Below are positions 11,700 to 24,220 of a stretch of DNA of 64,000 nucleotides, in pieces. Each line of letters begins with the position of its first letter. Position 1 is the stretch's first letter. The stretch lies in contig NC_082716.1 of the NCBI RefSeq assembly GCF_030144855.1, positions 53,382,001-53,446,000 on the forward strand, in the 5' to 3' direction. The position numbers and the translations under genes are program-made. The DNA is from Hypanus sabinus (taxonomy: Eukaryota). The notes beneath the pieces were generated by a model that saw only the letters and a program-made list of their open reading frames with translations, searched no databases and was not told where the DNA came from.

Positions 11700-12599
11700 T
11701 GGAGGAGTGCAGCCCCCAGTCTGTGTGGTAGCCTGGGTGGCCGGCCTCACCGGCGTGGTGTGGGTCCCTCACTGGTTGCTCAATGTCCAAGTGCGCCGGT
11801 TTGAGGCGGTCCACTGTAAAAGTCTCTTCCCAGCCACCCACCTCCACCACACACATGGTTCCATTGTGCCGGATCACCTTGAAGGGTCCCTCGCACGGCT
11901 GTAGAGGTGACTTGTGCATGCCCCTGCGAATAAAAACATACTCACAGTCTCGGAGGTCTTTAGGGGTGAAGGATGGCGTGGGACCATGCCTGGAGGTTGG
12001 GACCAGCGCTAGGGTCCCTACCTTGTCTCGCAGCCTCGTTAGCACTGCTGCTGGAGTTTCTTCCGAACCTCGGGCCTCTGGTATGAACTCGCCTGGGACT
12101 ATCAGGGGGGCACCGCAGACCAATTCCGCCGAGGTGTCCAGGTGCTCCTTGGGGGCTGTGCGGATGACCAGTAGGATCCAGGGAAGCACATCTGTCCAGT
12201 TGGGGAACCCTGAGGCGTGCCATCAGGGCTGACTTGAGATGCCGGTGGAATCGCTCTACCAAACCGTGAAACTGGGGATGGTACGCTGTGGTGTGATGCA
12301 GCTGGGTGCCCAGGAGCTGTGCCAGTGATGTCCACAAACCAGACGTGAACTGCGCCCCTCTGTTGGAGGGGATGTCCATTGGGTGGCTGAACCTGGCGAT
12401 CCAGTTTGCAATGAGCGTCCTGGCGCAGGACTCAGCGGACGTGTCTGTGAGGGGTACGGCTTCCGGACATCTGGTGAACCTGTCTACCATGGTAAAGATA
12501 TACTTGGCAACCCGGGAGACTGGCAGGGGGCCGACGATGTTCACGTGGATGTGTTGGAACCTCCTTTGTGTCGGCTGGAACTGCTGGAGGGGAGCCTTC
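11700..12599 (-). pseudogene. Gypsy integrase core and C-terminus (frameshifted)
   Basis: RFQHIHVNIVGPLP..TMVDRFTR..SNRGAQFTSGLW..TTAYHPQFHGLVERFHRHLK; GPFKVIR..TVDRLKPAH. Confidence 0.9.
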
Positions 12600-13650
12600 G
12601 CTGGATTGATTGTCAGTCGTGGTCGCTCAGGCATTGGCAGAGCTAGCGCAAATGTGCCACATGCTCTTGGTGTGAACTGCTGGCCACCAGCATATCGTCC
12701 AAGTAAATGAAAGTGAAACCCAGGCCACAGCCCACTGAGTCCATGAGCCTTTGGAAAGTTTGGGCTGCAGTCTTGAGATCGAAAGGCATCCTCAGGAATT
12801 TGAACAAGCCAAACGGGGTGATTAGGGCTGTCTTGGGCATGTCGTCGGGATGCACTGGGATCTGATGGTATCCCCTGACCAGGTCGATTTTTGAGAAGAT
12901 GGTCACTCCGTGCAGGTTCGCCGTGAAGTCCTGGATGTGGGGTACCGGGTATCTGTTGGCAGTTGTGGTGTTGTTGAGCCTTCTGTAGTCTCCGCAGGGC
13001 CTCCATCCTCCTGCGGACTTGGGCACCATGTGCAGCGGGGATGCCCACAGGCTGTCTGAGCGGCGTACGATTCCCATCTCTTCCATCTTACAGAACTCCT
13101 TCTTGGCGAGGTGGAGCTTGTCGGGTGGGAGCCTCTGAGCTCGGGCGTGCAGTGGCAGTCCTTGCTTGGGGATGTGGTGCTGCACGCTGTGGAGGGCTGT
13201 GGGGTGACTATGGAGGGTAATTCCGCCAACACCCCGGCAAATTCGTTACCCGCGAGGGTCACGGAATCCAGGTGGAGGTGCCAGTAGCTTGGCTTCTCTG
13301 AGCTGGAAAGTCTGGAACGTCTTGGCATGGAAGCCAGCCTTTTGAGTTGATCAGGAGGCAGTTGGCTCGTAGGAAATCTGCCCCTAGTAGTGGCTGTGGC
13401 ACCGCTGCCAATGTGAAAGTCCAAGTGAAACGGCTGGACCCGAAATGCAGTGAGATAGTTCGCAGGCCGTACGTCTGAATACTGGTACCATTTGCAGCGG
13501 TGAGTTCGGGGCCTGGGACCGCGTTACGAGTGTCCATGTTCGAGGGGGGAGTACGCTAACTTCGGCCCCGGTGTCTGCCAGGAAGCGCCGCCCGGAGTGT
13601 CGGTCCCAGAGGTACAGGAGGCTGTCTCGGTGGCCAGCCGTCGTAGCCAT
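12600..13650 (-). pseudogene. Gypsy protease + RT (frameshifted, C-terminally deleted)
   Basis: FLADTGAEVSVLP; [39 protein letters not shown]. Confidence 0.9.
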
Positions 13651-13736
13651 TAGCGGAAAAGCACATGGCGGATGGCAGCGGCGTGCATCTAAGCCCCATC
13701 TTTGGTGATAGAAACACTATTGTTCCGAACTTTCTT

Positions 13737-14300
13737 TTATCCCCCATGGGTCTCGGTGGCTTCGGGGCGTGCAATCGTGGCTAGGCCAATGGAGGCAGCT
13801 CCATGTTGCTTGCTCTGCCAAAGGACATCTGCTTTAGCCATGACCCCATGTGGGTCACTGAAGTCCTCACTTGCGAGGAGGAGGTGGATGACCTCTGGCA
13901 TTTGCTTGAGGAACAACCATTCGAATAGAAGGCATGGCTTATGGCTGTCCATGAGCCCCAGCATATCTTTCATGAGTTCAGATGGCGTGTGCTCGCCCAG
14001 GCCATCCATGTGTAGGAGCCGAGCGGCCTGTTTGCGGCGAGAGAGTCCGAAAGTACAGAGCAGGAGTGCCTTAACCTTATTGAACCTGTCGTCCATTTGT
14101 GGCTGGTGTAGGAAGTCAATGATCCGGCCTGCCGTCTCCTGGTCAAGCGTGCTGATCACGTAGCAGTACTGCATGGTGTTGGCTGTAATGTCTGTGATAT
14201 TGAACTGGGCCTCAGCCTGCTCGAACCAAACGTGGGGCTGAGTGGCCCAGAAAGTTGGAAGCTTCAGAGCAAATTGCTCGGATTCATGGCTGGTTGCAGA
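13737..14300 (-). pseudogene. Gypsy gag
   Basis: ALKLPTFWATQPHVWFEQAEAQF...DGLGEHTPSELM. Confidence 0.85.
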
Positions 14301-15201
14301 GTCGCTGGTTCCAGATGCCGTCTGGAACATTGGGGTCACTAATGTAGTGGCGCGCAATGTGCTACGAAAGGAGGCAGAGAGAGCTGAACTCAGAATGGCT
14401 TCACTGATTCAAACTCACGCACTTAAATCCCGCCTCCCATGGGTCCCTGTGACCAGTGGGGTGGACGTAACGTCAGACCGTCCCCGGACGGTCTGCCCCA
14501 AGTGGGCCACGCGTTTGCTTGCAGCTCCCATTGGTGGTCTGAGCTCCGTGTGTGCGGACCGCCACAATATATTAAGGAAAAGCACACATGCGGAATACAG
14601 CTTTAACTGATGCATTCACATTATCCTGAGAGAGGAGCAATTGACATGCGTATTCAACTGATCAGTATTCATCCATAGACAACAATCCATACATAGTGCA
14701 CAGGGGATGGTCATTGTTCTAAAATAAATATATCCATACATTACAGAATTATCTGTGACATGAGACAAAACTTGGTCTTTTGGCCCAACTAGTCGATGTT
14801 GGCACTTATGATCCACTCCAGAATCCGTTCACTTTATTCAGCGACATTTATCTTCATAACCACAAAGCTTTTTTCTCCATCACCTGCAATTATTTTAAAG
14901 GTCTCATACTTGTCCAATCAATTCCTGTTGGCTCCACACTGTTTTTGGCAAATATATATCTTCTGATTAACAAATTCCTTCAGAGCTCACCACTGGATTT
15001 TGCAGCAGCCAGAATTATGTGGCAGATAACTGAACTGCCAAGGGAACTGTGTCTTAAAGTTCTGCTTCCCTTCAGTAATTCCTACACAGTGAAATGTTGG
15101 CAGCTGCATCCATTTGAATGTGTTTCTATTGGGAACAACACAACATATTTTTTAGTGTATATCTTCAGGTGGAAACTATGTTAATCCTTCCAGCAACTTA
15201 C

Positions 15202-15236
15202 CAATGTTTTTGGGAGGTCCTGATTTGATGTTGGCA
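15202..15236 (-). other. Candidate 35-nt exon
   Basis: Minus strand ttaacttcgtatttAG|TGCCAACATC...AAAACATTG|GTAAGTtg. Confidence 0.3.
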
Positions 15237-15769
15237 CTAAATACGAAGTTAATTTAGCTTTTCAAAAGATATAGTAGGTGTTTTTCTATGACTAGACAAC
15301 TATTTATCTCAGAACCACAGGGGAAAAAATAGATTATGATACAGAACCACCTTTGTTCTAGACCATAAAGTTATTAATTAATAGACTTGCCACCATTCCA
15401 AATTGGTATAAAACTTCAAGATTTCCAACCTATTGTTCAAAAATAGCACTGGCAGTTAAAGAGACATAGAGCCGTTGTCAAAAAAGTGCCACCTAGCTTA
15501 ATTCCAGCCTCCAACATAAGGCATAGCCCTGTATATCTTCAAGTTCAAGTGTGACATGGGCTTCCACCTCCACCACTTTTACCATCAATGACTTCCTTCC
15601 TGACTTCTACTGTCTATTGTCAAAAGAATCTTGAAGGTTTGATGCCAGAAAGTGGCGACTCTGTGTGCAACTCCACTGGGAATCATTAAATATTCCTACT
15701 TAAGACCACTGAAGCTGAAATCCATTCAGTAAGCAACGTTGTTTTAAGATGTTTAAATTATCTATCGAT

Positions 15770-16307
15770 ACTCTGTTATTTGAGAAGGGTGGGAGGCAGC
15801 TGAAAGGAAATTATGGACCTGTTAGCCTGATATCAGTGGTTGGGAAGTTGTTGGAATCGGTTGTTAGGGATGAGATTACGGAGTACCTGGGGGCACATGA
15901 CAAGATAGGCCAAATCCAACTTGGTTTCCTGGAAGGAAAGTCCTCCCTGACTAACCTACTACATTTTTTTGAGAAAATTACAAACAGGGCAGACAAAGGA
16001 GATGCAGTAGATGTGGTGAACTTCAATTTTCAGAAGGCCTTTGACAAGGTGCCACACATGAGGCTGCTTAGCAAGAAAAGACCCCATGGAATTACAGGGA
16101 AGTTCCTAGCATGGGTGGAGCATTGGCTGGTCGGCAGAAAACAGAGAGTGGGAATAAAGGGATTCTATTCTGGCTGGTTGCCGGTTACCAGAGGAGTTGG
16201 TGTTGGGACCACTGCTTTTGATGATGTATGTCAATGATGCGGTCTATGGGATTAATGATTTTGTGGCTAAATTTGCCACTGATACAAAGATAGGTGGAGG
16301 AGCAGGT
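15770..16307 (+). mobile_element. CR1 LINE RT fragment
   Basis: ORF 15749-16237: GNYGPVSLISVVGKLLES..SLTNLLHFFE..FQKAFDKVPHMRL. Confidence 0.9.
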
Positions 16308-16805
16308 CTTCTTCTTCTTCTTCTTCTTCTTCTTCCATTGTCCATCAAAATCCGATGACGATGTCCACTGCTTTAACAGTGAGATCTTTGATGACAGTAC
16401 AGTCTTATCCTGGACCCACAAGCTCTATTGCAGGTGGGACATGTATACGTGGTAGTGGTGGTAGTAATGTCAACCATGGCTGCTTTTCTCCTGGCTCTCT
16501 TCTGCTGTCTTCTGGTGGTTCTTTTTATCTCCAGAATACGAACCCCATCCCTACACAACTGTCACCAAGTGTTACGGTCAGCAACAACATCCTCCATTTC
16601 CTCAGGTCTGATCTTGCACTTCCTTAAAGCATTCTTCCTCTGATCCTTAAAGTACTTCTTCGGCCCTCCAGCTGAGCATCGACCATGATGTAGCTGGCCA
16701 TTTATCACTCTGTAGGGTGGCTGACATGGGGGCATCCTTATCACGTGCCCCAGCCACTGTAACTGACATTGGGTGATCACGGCCTCAATACTTCTGCAGT
16801 TGGTC
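16308..16805 (-). mobile_element. RTE-clade LINE 3' end with (GAA)n tail
   Basis: QLQWLGHVIRMP...GGPKKYFKDQ; C2H2 finger YTCPTCNRACGSRIRLYCHQRSH; (TTC)n at 16308-16334. Confidence 0.88.
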
Positions 16806-17413
16806 AGTGATATTAAACCTGATTCTGATTTTATGAATGAAGCTATTTTTCCTTATCTTACCCTGTATACTTCCGCCAAATAATTAAGTCATTGTTTCCT
16901 GGTTTTATCTCTCCCTGCTAAGGGAACGTGGCCTTATCTTTTATTTTGCCTTGGTTTCTCATATCATTCAATTTATTCTCCCTCAGCTTCCTCTGTACCA
17001 AGTCAGCTCAAACATATCCAGATCTTTTTCATAGTTTCTATTTTCCAATCCTAGCTGCAGTACCATAAATCTTCCCTGTAGTCACATTCAAAGCTCACAC
17101 CACATACTTAGCCCCCTCTGTATGAAACATTTGCCTCTCAGAACCCCTCTAAACTTTTTCCCCATGTTAAAGATTTAGACTCCTCTACCCTATGAATAAG
17201 CCAATGACTATCTAGCATATCTATGCCCCTAGTGATTTCATAAACCCCTAAAAGAGCCTCCTTCGCTCCAACGGAGACAGCTACAACCTATCCAATCTTT
17301 CCTTGACGTTAAACTTTCCAGTTCCAGCAACATCCATGTGAAACTTATCTGTGGCTTCTTGAGCTTAATCCATCCTTCCTATAACATAGCAGCTAGAACT
17401 GTGCACAGTACTA

Positions 17414-18366
17414 GCTGCCATGTGCACAGTTCGCCAATGACACAACCGTGGTGGGTCTCATCAGCAAGAACAACGAGTCAGCTTACAGAAAGGAGGTGCA
17501 GCGGCTAATGGACTAATGCAGAGCCAACTACCTGTCTCTGAATATGAACAAAACAAAAGAGATGGTTGTTTACTTCAGGAGAGCACCGAGTGACCACTCT
17601 CTGCTGAACATTGACAGCTCCTCCGTTGAGATCATTAAGAGCACCAAATTTCTTGGTATTCATCTGGTGGAGAATCTCATTTGGTCACTCAACACTAGCT
17701 CCATAGCTAAGAAAGCTCAGCAGCGTCTCTACTTTCTGCAAAGGCTGAGAAAAGTCCATGTCCCACCCCCCGTCCTCATCACATTCTACAGGGGTTGTAT
17801 TGAGAGCATCCTGAGCAGCTGCATCACTGCCTGGTTTGGGAATTGCACCGCCTCAGATCGCAAAACTCTGCAACGGATAGTGAGGTCAGCTGAGAAGATC
17901 ATCGGGGTCTCTCGTCCCGCCATTACAGACATTTACACCACACACTGCACCCACAAAGCTAACAGCATTGTGAAGGACCCCACGCACCCCACACACAAAC
18001 TCTTCCCTCTCCTGCCATATGGCAAAAGGTACCAAAGCACTCGGGCTCTCACGACCAGACTGTGCAACAGTTTCTTCCCCAAACCATCAGACTCCTCAAT
18101 ACCCAGAGTCTAGACTGGCATCTACGTAATTTATTATTATTTTGAAATTTCGTGCACTTTATGTAGTCCTGTGTAGGTCTGTAGTCTAGTGTAGTTTTTG
18201 TGTTGTTTTACGTAGTCTAGAGTAGCCTTGAGTTGTCTCACATAGTTTAGAGTAGTTTTTTGTTATTTCATGTAGCACCATGGCCCTGGAGGAACATTGT
18301 TTTGTTTTTACTGTGTACCTTACCAGCAGTTTATGGTCGAAATGACAATAAAAAGTGACTGGACTT
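17414..18366 (+). mobile_element. Rex1/Babar-like LINE 3' part inserted in an old minus-strand CR1
   Basis: FANDTTVVGLI; ORF 17544-18113 (KKAQQRLYFLQRLRK..FYRGCIESILSSCITAWFGN); tandemly repetitive 3' UTR; possible TSD tacta (17409-13, 18367-71). Confidence 0.88.
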
Positions 18367-18454
18367 TACTATAAGTGCGATCTCCTGTAATCAATGTCCT
18401 GATAGATTACATGAGGCATGTAATGTGCCTTCTTCACAACCCTGGCACACGCTC

Positions 18455-18742
18455 AGCGACTCAAGAACAACTTCGGGCCCTCTGCCATCCGATTCTTAAA
18501 TGGACATTGAAGCTTTGGACACTACCTCACTTTTTTAATATATGGTATTTCTGTTTTTGCACATTTAAAAATAATTGTTCAATATACATAATTGATTTGC
18601 TTGTTCATTTATTATTATGTTTTATTTTATTTATTATTATTATTTGTTTTCCCTCTCTGTTATATTATGTATTGCACTGAACTGCTGCTGCTAGGTTAAC
18701 AAATTTCATGTCACATGCAGGTGATAATAAACCTGATTCTGA
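18455..18742 (+). mobile_element. LINE 3' UTR tail (Rex1-like family)
   Basis: Ends ...gataataaacctgattctga; the same tail is seen at about 16808-16830. Confidence 0.6.
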
Positions 18743-18955
18743 ATTGCACCATTTCTTTCAAGAAACTATATATTTGTCCTCTGAAGTTTCTCTGCTCAAC
18801 CACAGTTACTAGGGCCCTTCCATTCATGTTGCAAGTTGTCTCCCAGTTTAATTTATCAAAACCCAGCACTTTACACTTAGAGTATTAAAGCACAGTACAG
18901 GCTCTTTGACCTATGATGTTATACCAACCTTTTAACCTACTGTAAAATCAATCTA

Positions 18956-19221
18956 GATGGCCGCTGGCATAGTGGCATCTGCACTGGACTTCAAAGCAAA
19001 TGTTCCTGGGTTTGAATCCGGCTTTGCACGCTTTCCATCTGCAATGGACTTCAAAGCAAATGTTCCTGGGTTTGAATCTGGCTTTGCACGCTTTCCATCT
19101 GTACTGGGTTGAGCATCAAGCTAGCAACTCAGCCTCATAACAAAACAAGCAAGCATGCTAATGAAACTGCAAGGTTGCCGCCTGATATACCACAAGGCGT
19201 GGAAAGGAACAACAAAAACAG
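18956..19221 (+). mobile_element. tRNA-derived SINE with internal 60-bp tandem duplication, inserted in a CR1 3' UTR
   Basis: 10-bp TSD aatcaatcta (18946-55, 19222-31); A box TGGCATAGTGG; B box GGTTTGAATCC present twice; (AAC)-rich tail. Confidence 0.85.
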
Positions 19222-19700
19222 AATCAATCTAACCCTTCCATTCTAGGTAACCCTTCACTGTCCTATCATCTATGTTCCTATCTAAGAGTTTCTTAAATGC
19301 CCCTAATGTATGTGCCCCTACTACTGGCAGTGTGTTCCATGCACTCACTACCCTCTGTGTGAAAAACTTACCTCTGATATCCCCCCCATACTTACTTCCA
19401 AAGACCTTAATATTATGTATCTTCATGTTAGATATCTTTCTGCCCTGGAAAAAGGTCTCTGGTTGTCCACTCACTCTGTGCCTTTAATCATCTTGTACAC
19501 TTCTATAAATTCACATCTCATGCCCCACTCCTTTGCTTGAAGGAGGAAATTCCTAGTTCACCCAAACTTTCTTCATAAGACATGCTCTCTAATCCAGACA
19601 GTTTTCAGGTAAATACACTCTGCACTCTCTCCCAAACTTCCAAATCCTTCCTTTAATGAGGCAACCAAAATTAAACATGATTTTCCATATAATTTATCGG
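19222..19700 (-). mobile_element. CR1 3' end
   Basis: ORF 19229-19474: DIRGKFFTQRVVSAWNTLP. Confidence 0.85.
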
Positions 19701-19799
19701 AGTTAAATTCCATTGTCACACATTTGCTCACTTTCCCATTTCTGTTGTAACCTTAAGCAACCTTCTTCACTGCCCACTCTGCCAGCAATATTGGGGCCA

Positions 19800-21545
19800 C
19801 CAAGAGAAGGATTTTTTAAGCAATAAGGAAAGAAAAGATGAAATATAATGGTAGGCTGGCCAATAATATAAAAGAGGATGTCAAAAGTTTTATCCGGATA
19901 TATAAAGAGTAAGAGAGAGAAAAGAGTTGGAAAATGACACTGGGGTTGTAGCAAAGGGGAACCAAGTCACCTGGACCAGATGGACTACACCGCAGGTTTC
20001 TGAAAGAGGTAGCTGAGGAGATGGGGGGAGGCAAAAGACAGAAAATTAGAGGTCAGTTAGTGGTTGAGAAGATGTTGGAGTTTATTATTAAGGATGAAGT
20101 TTTGGAGTACTTGGAGGCACATAATGGAAAGTGTGTGGTCATGCACTTTGGTGGAAGAAATAAATGGGCAAACTATTATTTAGATGGGGAGAGAATTCAA
20201 AATGCAGAGATGCAAAGGGACTTTGGAGTCCTTGTGCAGGATATCCTAAAGGTTAACCTCCAGATTGAGTTGGTGGTAAAGAAGGTGAATGTAATGTTGG
20301 CATTCATTTCTAGAGGTATAGAATATAAGAACAGTGATGTGATGTTGAGGCTCTATAAGGCACTTGTGAGACCACGCTTGGAATATTGTGTGCAGTTTGG
20401 GGTTTCTCATTTTGGAAAGGATATACTGACATTGGAGAGGGTTCAGAGAAGATTCACAAGAATGATTCCAGGAATGAAAGGGTTATCATATGAAGAACAT
20501 CTGGCAGCTCTTGGGCTGTATTCCCTGCAGTTCAGAAGATTGAGGGGGGATCTCATACAAACATTCCAAATGTTAAAAGGCCTGAACAGATTAGATATGG
20601 CAAAGTTATTTCCCATGGTAGGGGAGTCTAGGACAAGAGGGCAGAACTTCAGGATTGAAGGACGTCCATTTACAAGAGAGATGCAGAGAAATTACTTTAG
20701 TCAGAGGGTGGTAAATCTGGGGGATTTGTTGTCCCGAGCGGCTGTGGAGGCCAGGTCATTGGGTGCATTTAAGGCAGAGATAGATATTTTCTTGATTAGC
20801 CAGGGCATCAAAGGGTATGGGGAGAAGATAGGGGAGTGGGGATTACTGGAAGGATTGGATCAGCCCATGATTGAATGGTGGAGCAGGCTTGATGGGCCAA
20901 ATGGCTTTCTTAGAACCACAGAACACTACAGTACATAAAACAGGCCATTTCACCCTTTTAGTTTGTGTCAAAGCTTTATTCTGCTAGTCCCATTGATCTG
21001 CACCCAGTCCATAATCCTCCAGACCACTCCCATCCATGTATCTATCCAATTTATTCTTAAAACTTAAGAGTACATCTGCTACTATATCTTATGGCCTTAT
21101 GGTCTAGATAAAATAGGTCAAAGTCAGCAAGGTTTCCTTTAAGGGAACTTTTGCCTGATAAATCTGTTGGATTTCTTTGAGGAAACAGCAGGCAGGATGG
21201 ACAAGAGAGGCAGTGGATGTTGTTCACTTGGATTTTCAGATAGCCTTTGACCAAGGTGTTGCACATGAGACAGCTAAGTAAGAGACCAGCATGAATTGAT
21301 TGACTGGCAAGAGGCAAAGAGTGGAAATAAAAGGGACATTTTCTGATTGGCTGCTGATGAGTTGTAGTATTCCACAGTGCTGGGACAGCTTCTTTTCACA
21401 TTAAATGTCAATGATTTGGATAATGAAATTGATGTTTTTGTGATGAAACTAGCAGATGATACAAAGATAGATGGAGGGGCAGGTAGTGTTGTAGACAGAT
21501 TAAGAGAATAGGCAAAGAAATGGCAGATGGAAAGCAGTCCAGGGT
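19800..21545 (+). mobile_element. Cluster of rearranged CR1 pieces, including a younger 3' end (about 20125-20910)
   Basis: ORF 20021-20938 is a chimera ending in the CR1 C-terminus (LYKALVRPRLEYCVQF..RRLRGDLI..FSQRVVNL); small minus-strand CR1 tail at about 20910-21070. Confidence 0.85.
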
Positions 21546-21838
21546 GGTGTACAGTGTTGTGTATTTAATATTTCAGTAATATTTGAGTAGTATTGTAACT
21601 ATAATGTTTGATTTAGCATACTTTGATGGTTAAATAATGCATTATGGGTTATATGTAAAAGTATGTGAATGACATACATCATTACACCGCTACATCATAA
21701 AGTTGTGGCTCACTAAAGTAAAATGAAGTAGACACACATCTCCCGGCACTTGTGATTTCCTTTCAATTAGTTTTGTAACTTGCAGTTATAAAACATAGAA
21801 ATGGGATGAGTAAGTTTTAAATGAACTAGAGATTATTA

Positions 21839-23086
21839 TCCTAAATTCCAGTGTATAAGCTGAGAATTTGGCCCTAAATTTTGGTCCTAAAATTAGGGGG
21901 TCAGCTTATACAGAGGGTGCCAACTTTGGGAAAATGAATACACGGAAGACAGGTCGTATTTATTGACTGTTTTTGAGTCAAATTTGTTCCACTGTCGATG
22001 CATGAATTCTTTGAATGGTTTGTTTAAACTCACATCTAGTGGCTGGAGCACGGAGATCAAACCACCAGGGATAACTGCTGTGTCCATATTTTCAGCTTTC
22101 AATGCTGCTTTTGTCTCACCTTTGAACATGTCCCAGACAAGTAGCAACTTTTCATTCCTGACATATTCGGGACGTTGATGCCACACCTCTTTAACCTACT
22201 TCAAGAACCTGCTTTGTCCACTTAGCAGCATTCTTGAATGTAAACAACAACACCCCACAGGAATTTTCTGAACAATCTTCATTTTTTTATCTCAACACAA
22301 GATCACATCTACTCATAAATCGGGTACACCAACTTCACGTAGTTTTGAAATTTTCGCTGAGCTCATGGTGTTTATCATCCCATTACAATGCTTGAACTCG
22401 AATCATTTCTCTGGTAACAATGTATCCAGACGATCGCTGGTGATTCACCCACTCCAAAACTTTTTCTTCCAGTTCTGGCCACTGGCATGTTTTCCCGCGG
22501 TTTGCACATTTTGTCTTTGGTATTTCCCTCAGCGTGATCTCTGCCTTTCTCCACTCTCTCACTTGTTTCTGGTTTACACTAAACTTCTCAGCAGCTGCAG
22601 AATTATTCGTACCTTTAGCAAAATCAACAACTTCCATCTTGAAGCCAGCATCATATTGCATTTGTTTTAATCTTTTGTACACGATGGTTGCAAACTCAAT
22701 ACTGAGTACACGTACTGATCCCGTCACCCCGTATTATGCTTTAGCGAGATTAGGATGGGCACTAAATGGTTTCGCGGGGGTTACATTTCAGAGGATTCTT
22801 TTCTATTGGAAACCTAATCCAAAATTTCCCTCCCTAATTTATTTATTAAGAATTCACTTATAACGCTCTACAATGTGTGGGCCTGTTTTCTTAGCAGGTA
22901 CTGGTTCACAAAATTTCCAGGTTCCGGATCTGGCAAAGCTGAGTACTGGCATGTGAGATCTTGTGATCTTTTCTAGTTAGATCAAAAACCTCTTCAAAAG
23001 GGGGCGGCTTATACAAAGGTAACATGGAAAAGTCACTTTTTTAACCTTGAAAATGGGGGGGTCGGCTTATACACTGGAATTTACGG
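21839..23086 (-). mobile_element. pogo-superfamily transposon (POGK/Passer-like), internally deleted
   Basis: TIRs ..taaattccagtgtataagc / gcttatacactggaatttacgg flanked by TA; Brinker-like + CENP-B HTH ORF 22383-22727; DDE ORF 21893-22186 (VIPGGLISVLQPLDVSLNKPFK). Confidence 0.9.
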
Positions 23087-23609
23087 TACCTACCTGTTGA
23101 AGTGGAGCACATTAATTTTCTTTGAAAGGAGAGAGAGATGTTTCAGTTTAAAATAAGAAGTGCAGCACGTTTCTCACAAGGAGGCACAGACAGTCGAGTT
23201 AAAAAAAGGCAGAGACACAATAAAATTCATGGGTTCATAAACAGTGAGTACCAGGTGTTAGTAATCATAAATTTTGAAAAATACCGGAAATGGTCAGCTA
23301 TATTGGAAGGATAGATGTCTTCAATTGTACAACAGATATCTGGGTTATGTACACTGAATAAATTGAGCAGCATTTTATGGCAAATGGAATAGTCGATGAG
23401 AAGTGAGTGATAGTGTTACTAAGTGTCATAGCTAGAAGAGCATTCAGATTGCTTAGAAGGTTGACTGCTCCAATCAGACCAGCTGAACTAAGCTTTGCAG
23501 ATGTTATGAACATAATGCAGCAGCATTTGGAATTTAAAACATTGTTGACTGCAGAAAGCTTCATGTTTCATAATCAGAATCAAAAGGAAGGGGAGTCCAT
23601 TTCAACTTA

Positions 23610-24220
23610 CGAGAGGTGATTGATAAGTTAATGGCCTAAGGTAAAAGGAGTCTACTTTAGAAAACCTTGCACATTTATTTTTCAACATAGTCCCCTCCTA
23701 CATTTACACACTTAGTCCAGTGGTCGTGGAGCATACAGATCCCTTCTTTGTAGATGTGGTCCACAGCAGGGGTTATTAATAAGTTTGTGGCCTAAGGTAG
23801 AAGGAGATGAGTTATTAACTTCAAACTTTCTGTATTATCACTCAAAGAGTTGAACTGCACGTGATTGTAACAAGAGTGTCTTGGACCTCCAGGTGGTCCA
23901 CAGTAGGGGTGATTGATAAGTTTGTGGCCTAAGGTAGAAGGAGATGAGTTATATTGCTCTTGTTACATGCACATACAGTTCAACTCTTTGAGTGAAAATG
24001 CAGAAAGTTTGAAGTTAATAAATCATCACCTTCTACTGCAGGCATTGAACTTATCAATCACCCCATGATGTGGACCATATTCTGGAGGTCCAAGATGCCA
24101 ACTTCTACAAAGAAGGGATCCGTATGCTCCACTGGACTAAGTGTAGGAAAAATAAATGTGCTAGGTTTTCTAAAATTGACTCCTCCTACCCTAAGCCATG
24201 AATTTATCAATCATTCCTCG
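23610..24220. mobile_element. Mariner-type palindromic MITE inserted in Gypsy gag
   Basis: TA|cgagaggtgattgataagtt... and ...aatttatcaatcattcctcg termini; gag reads EGESIST|YVVELKRL across the insertion. Confidence 0.85.

Larger units (their letters stand above)
11435..14566 (-). mobile_element. Gypsy LTR retrotransposon with both LTRs, internally deleted (3.1 kb)
   Basis: LTRs 11435-11667 and 14343-14566 (TG...CA); 4-bp TSD ATAT (11431-34, 14567-70); PPT at about 11668-11682; decayed tRNA-Trp-like PBS (tagtgaccccaatgt) at about 14327-14341; GC-rich island. Confidence 0.95.

Noticed and set aside
11960-13048. 362-aa ORF
   Set aside because: The N-terminal half is an alternative frame of Gypsy RT, fused by the deletion to integrase; not a novel protein
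17544-18113. ALKBH8 N-terminal-like (DUF1891) protein
   Set aside because: This is the C-terminal region of a LINE ORF2, flanked by RT remnants and a 3' tail
18160-18280. CRISPR-like or satellite array
   Set aside because: Degenerate tandem repeats in a LINE 3' UTR, with no unique spacers, in eukaryotic context
20021-20938. 305-aa ORF as a host gene
   Set aside because: A chimera of CR1 ORF2 fragments
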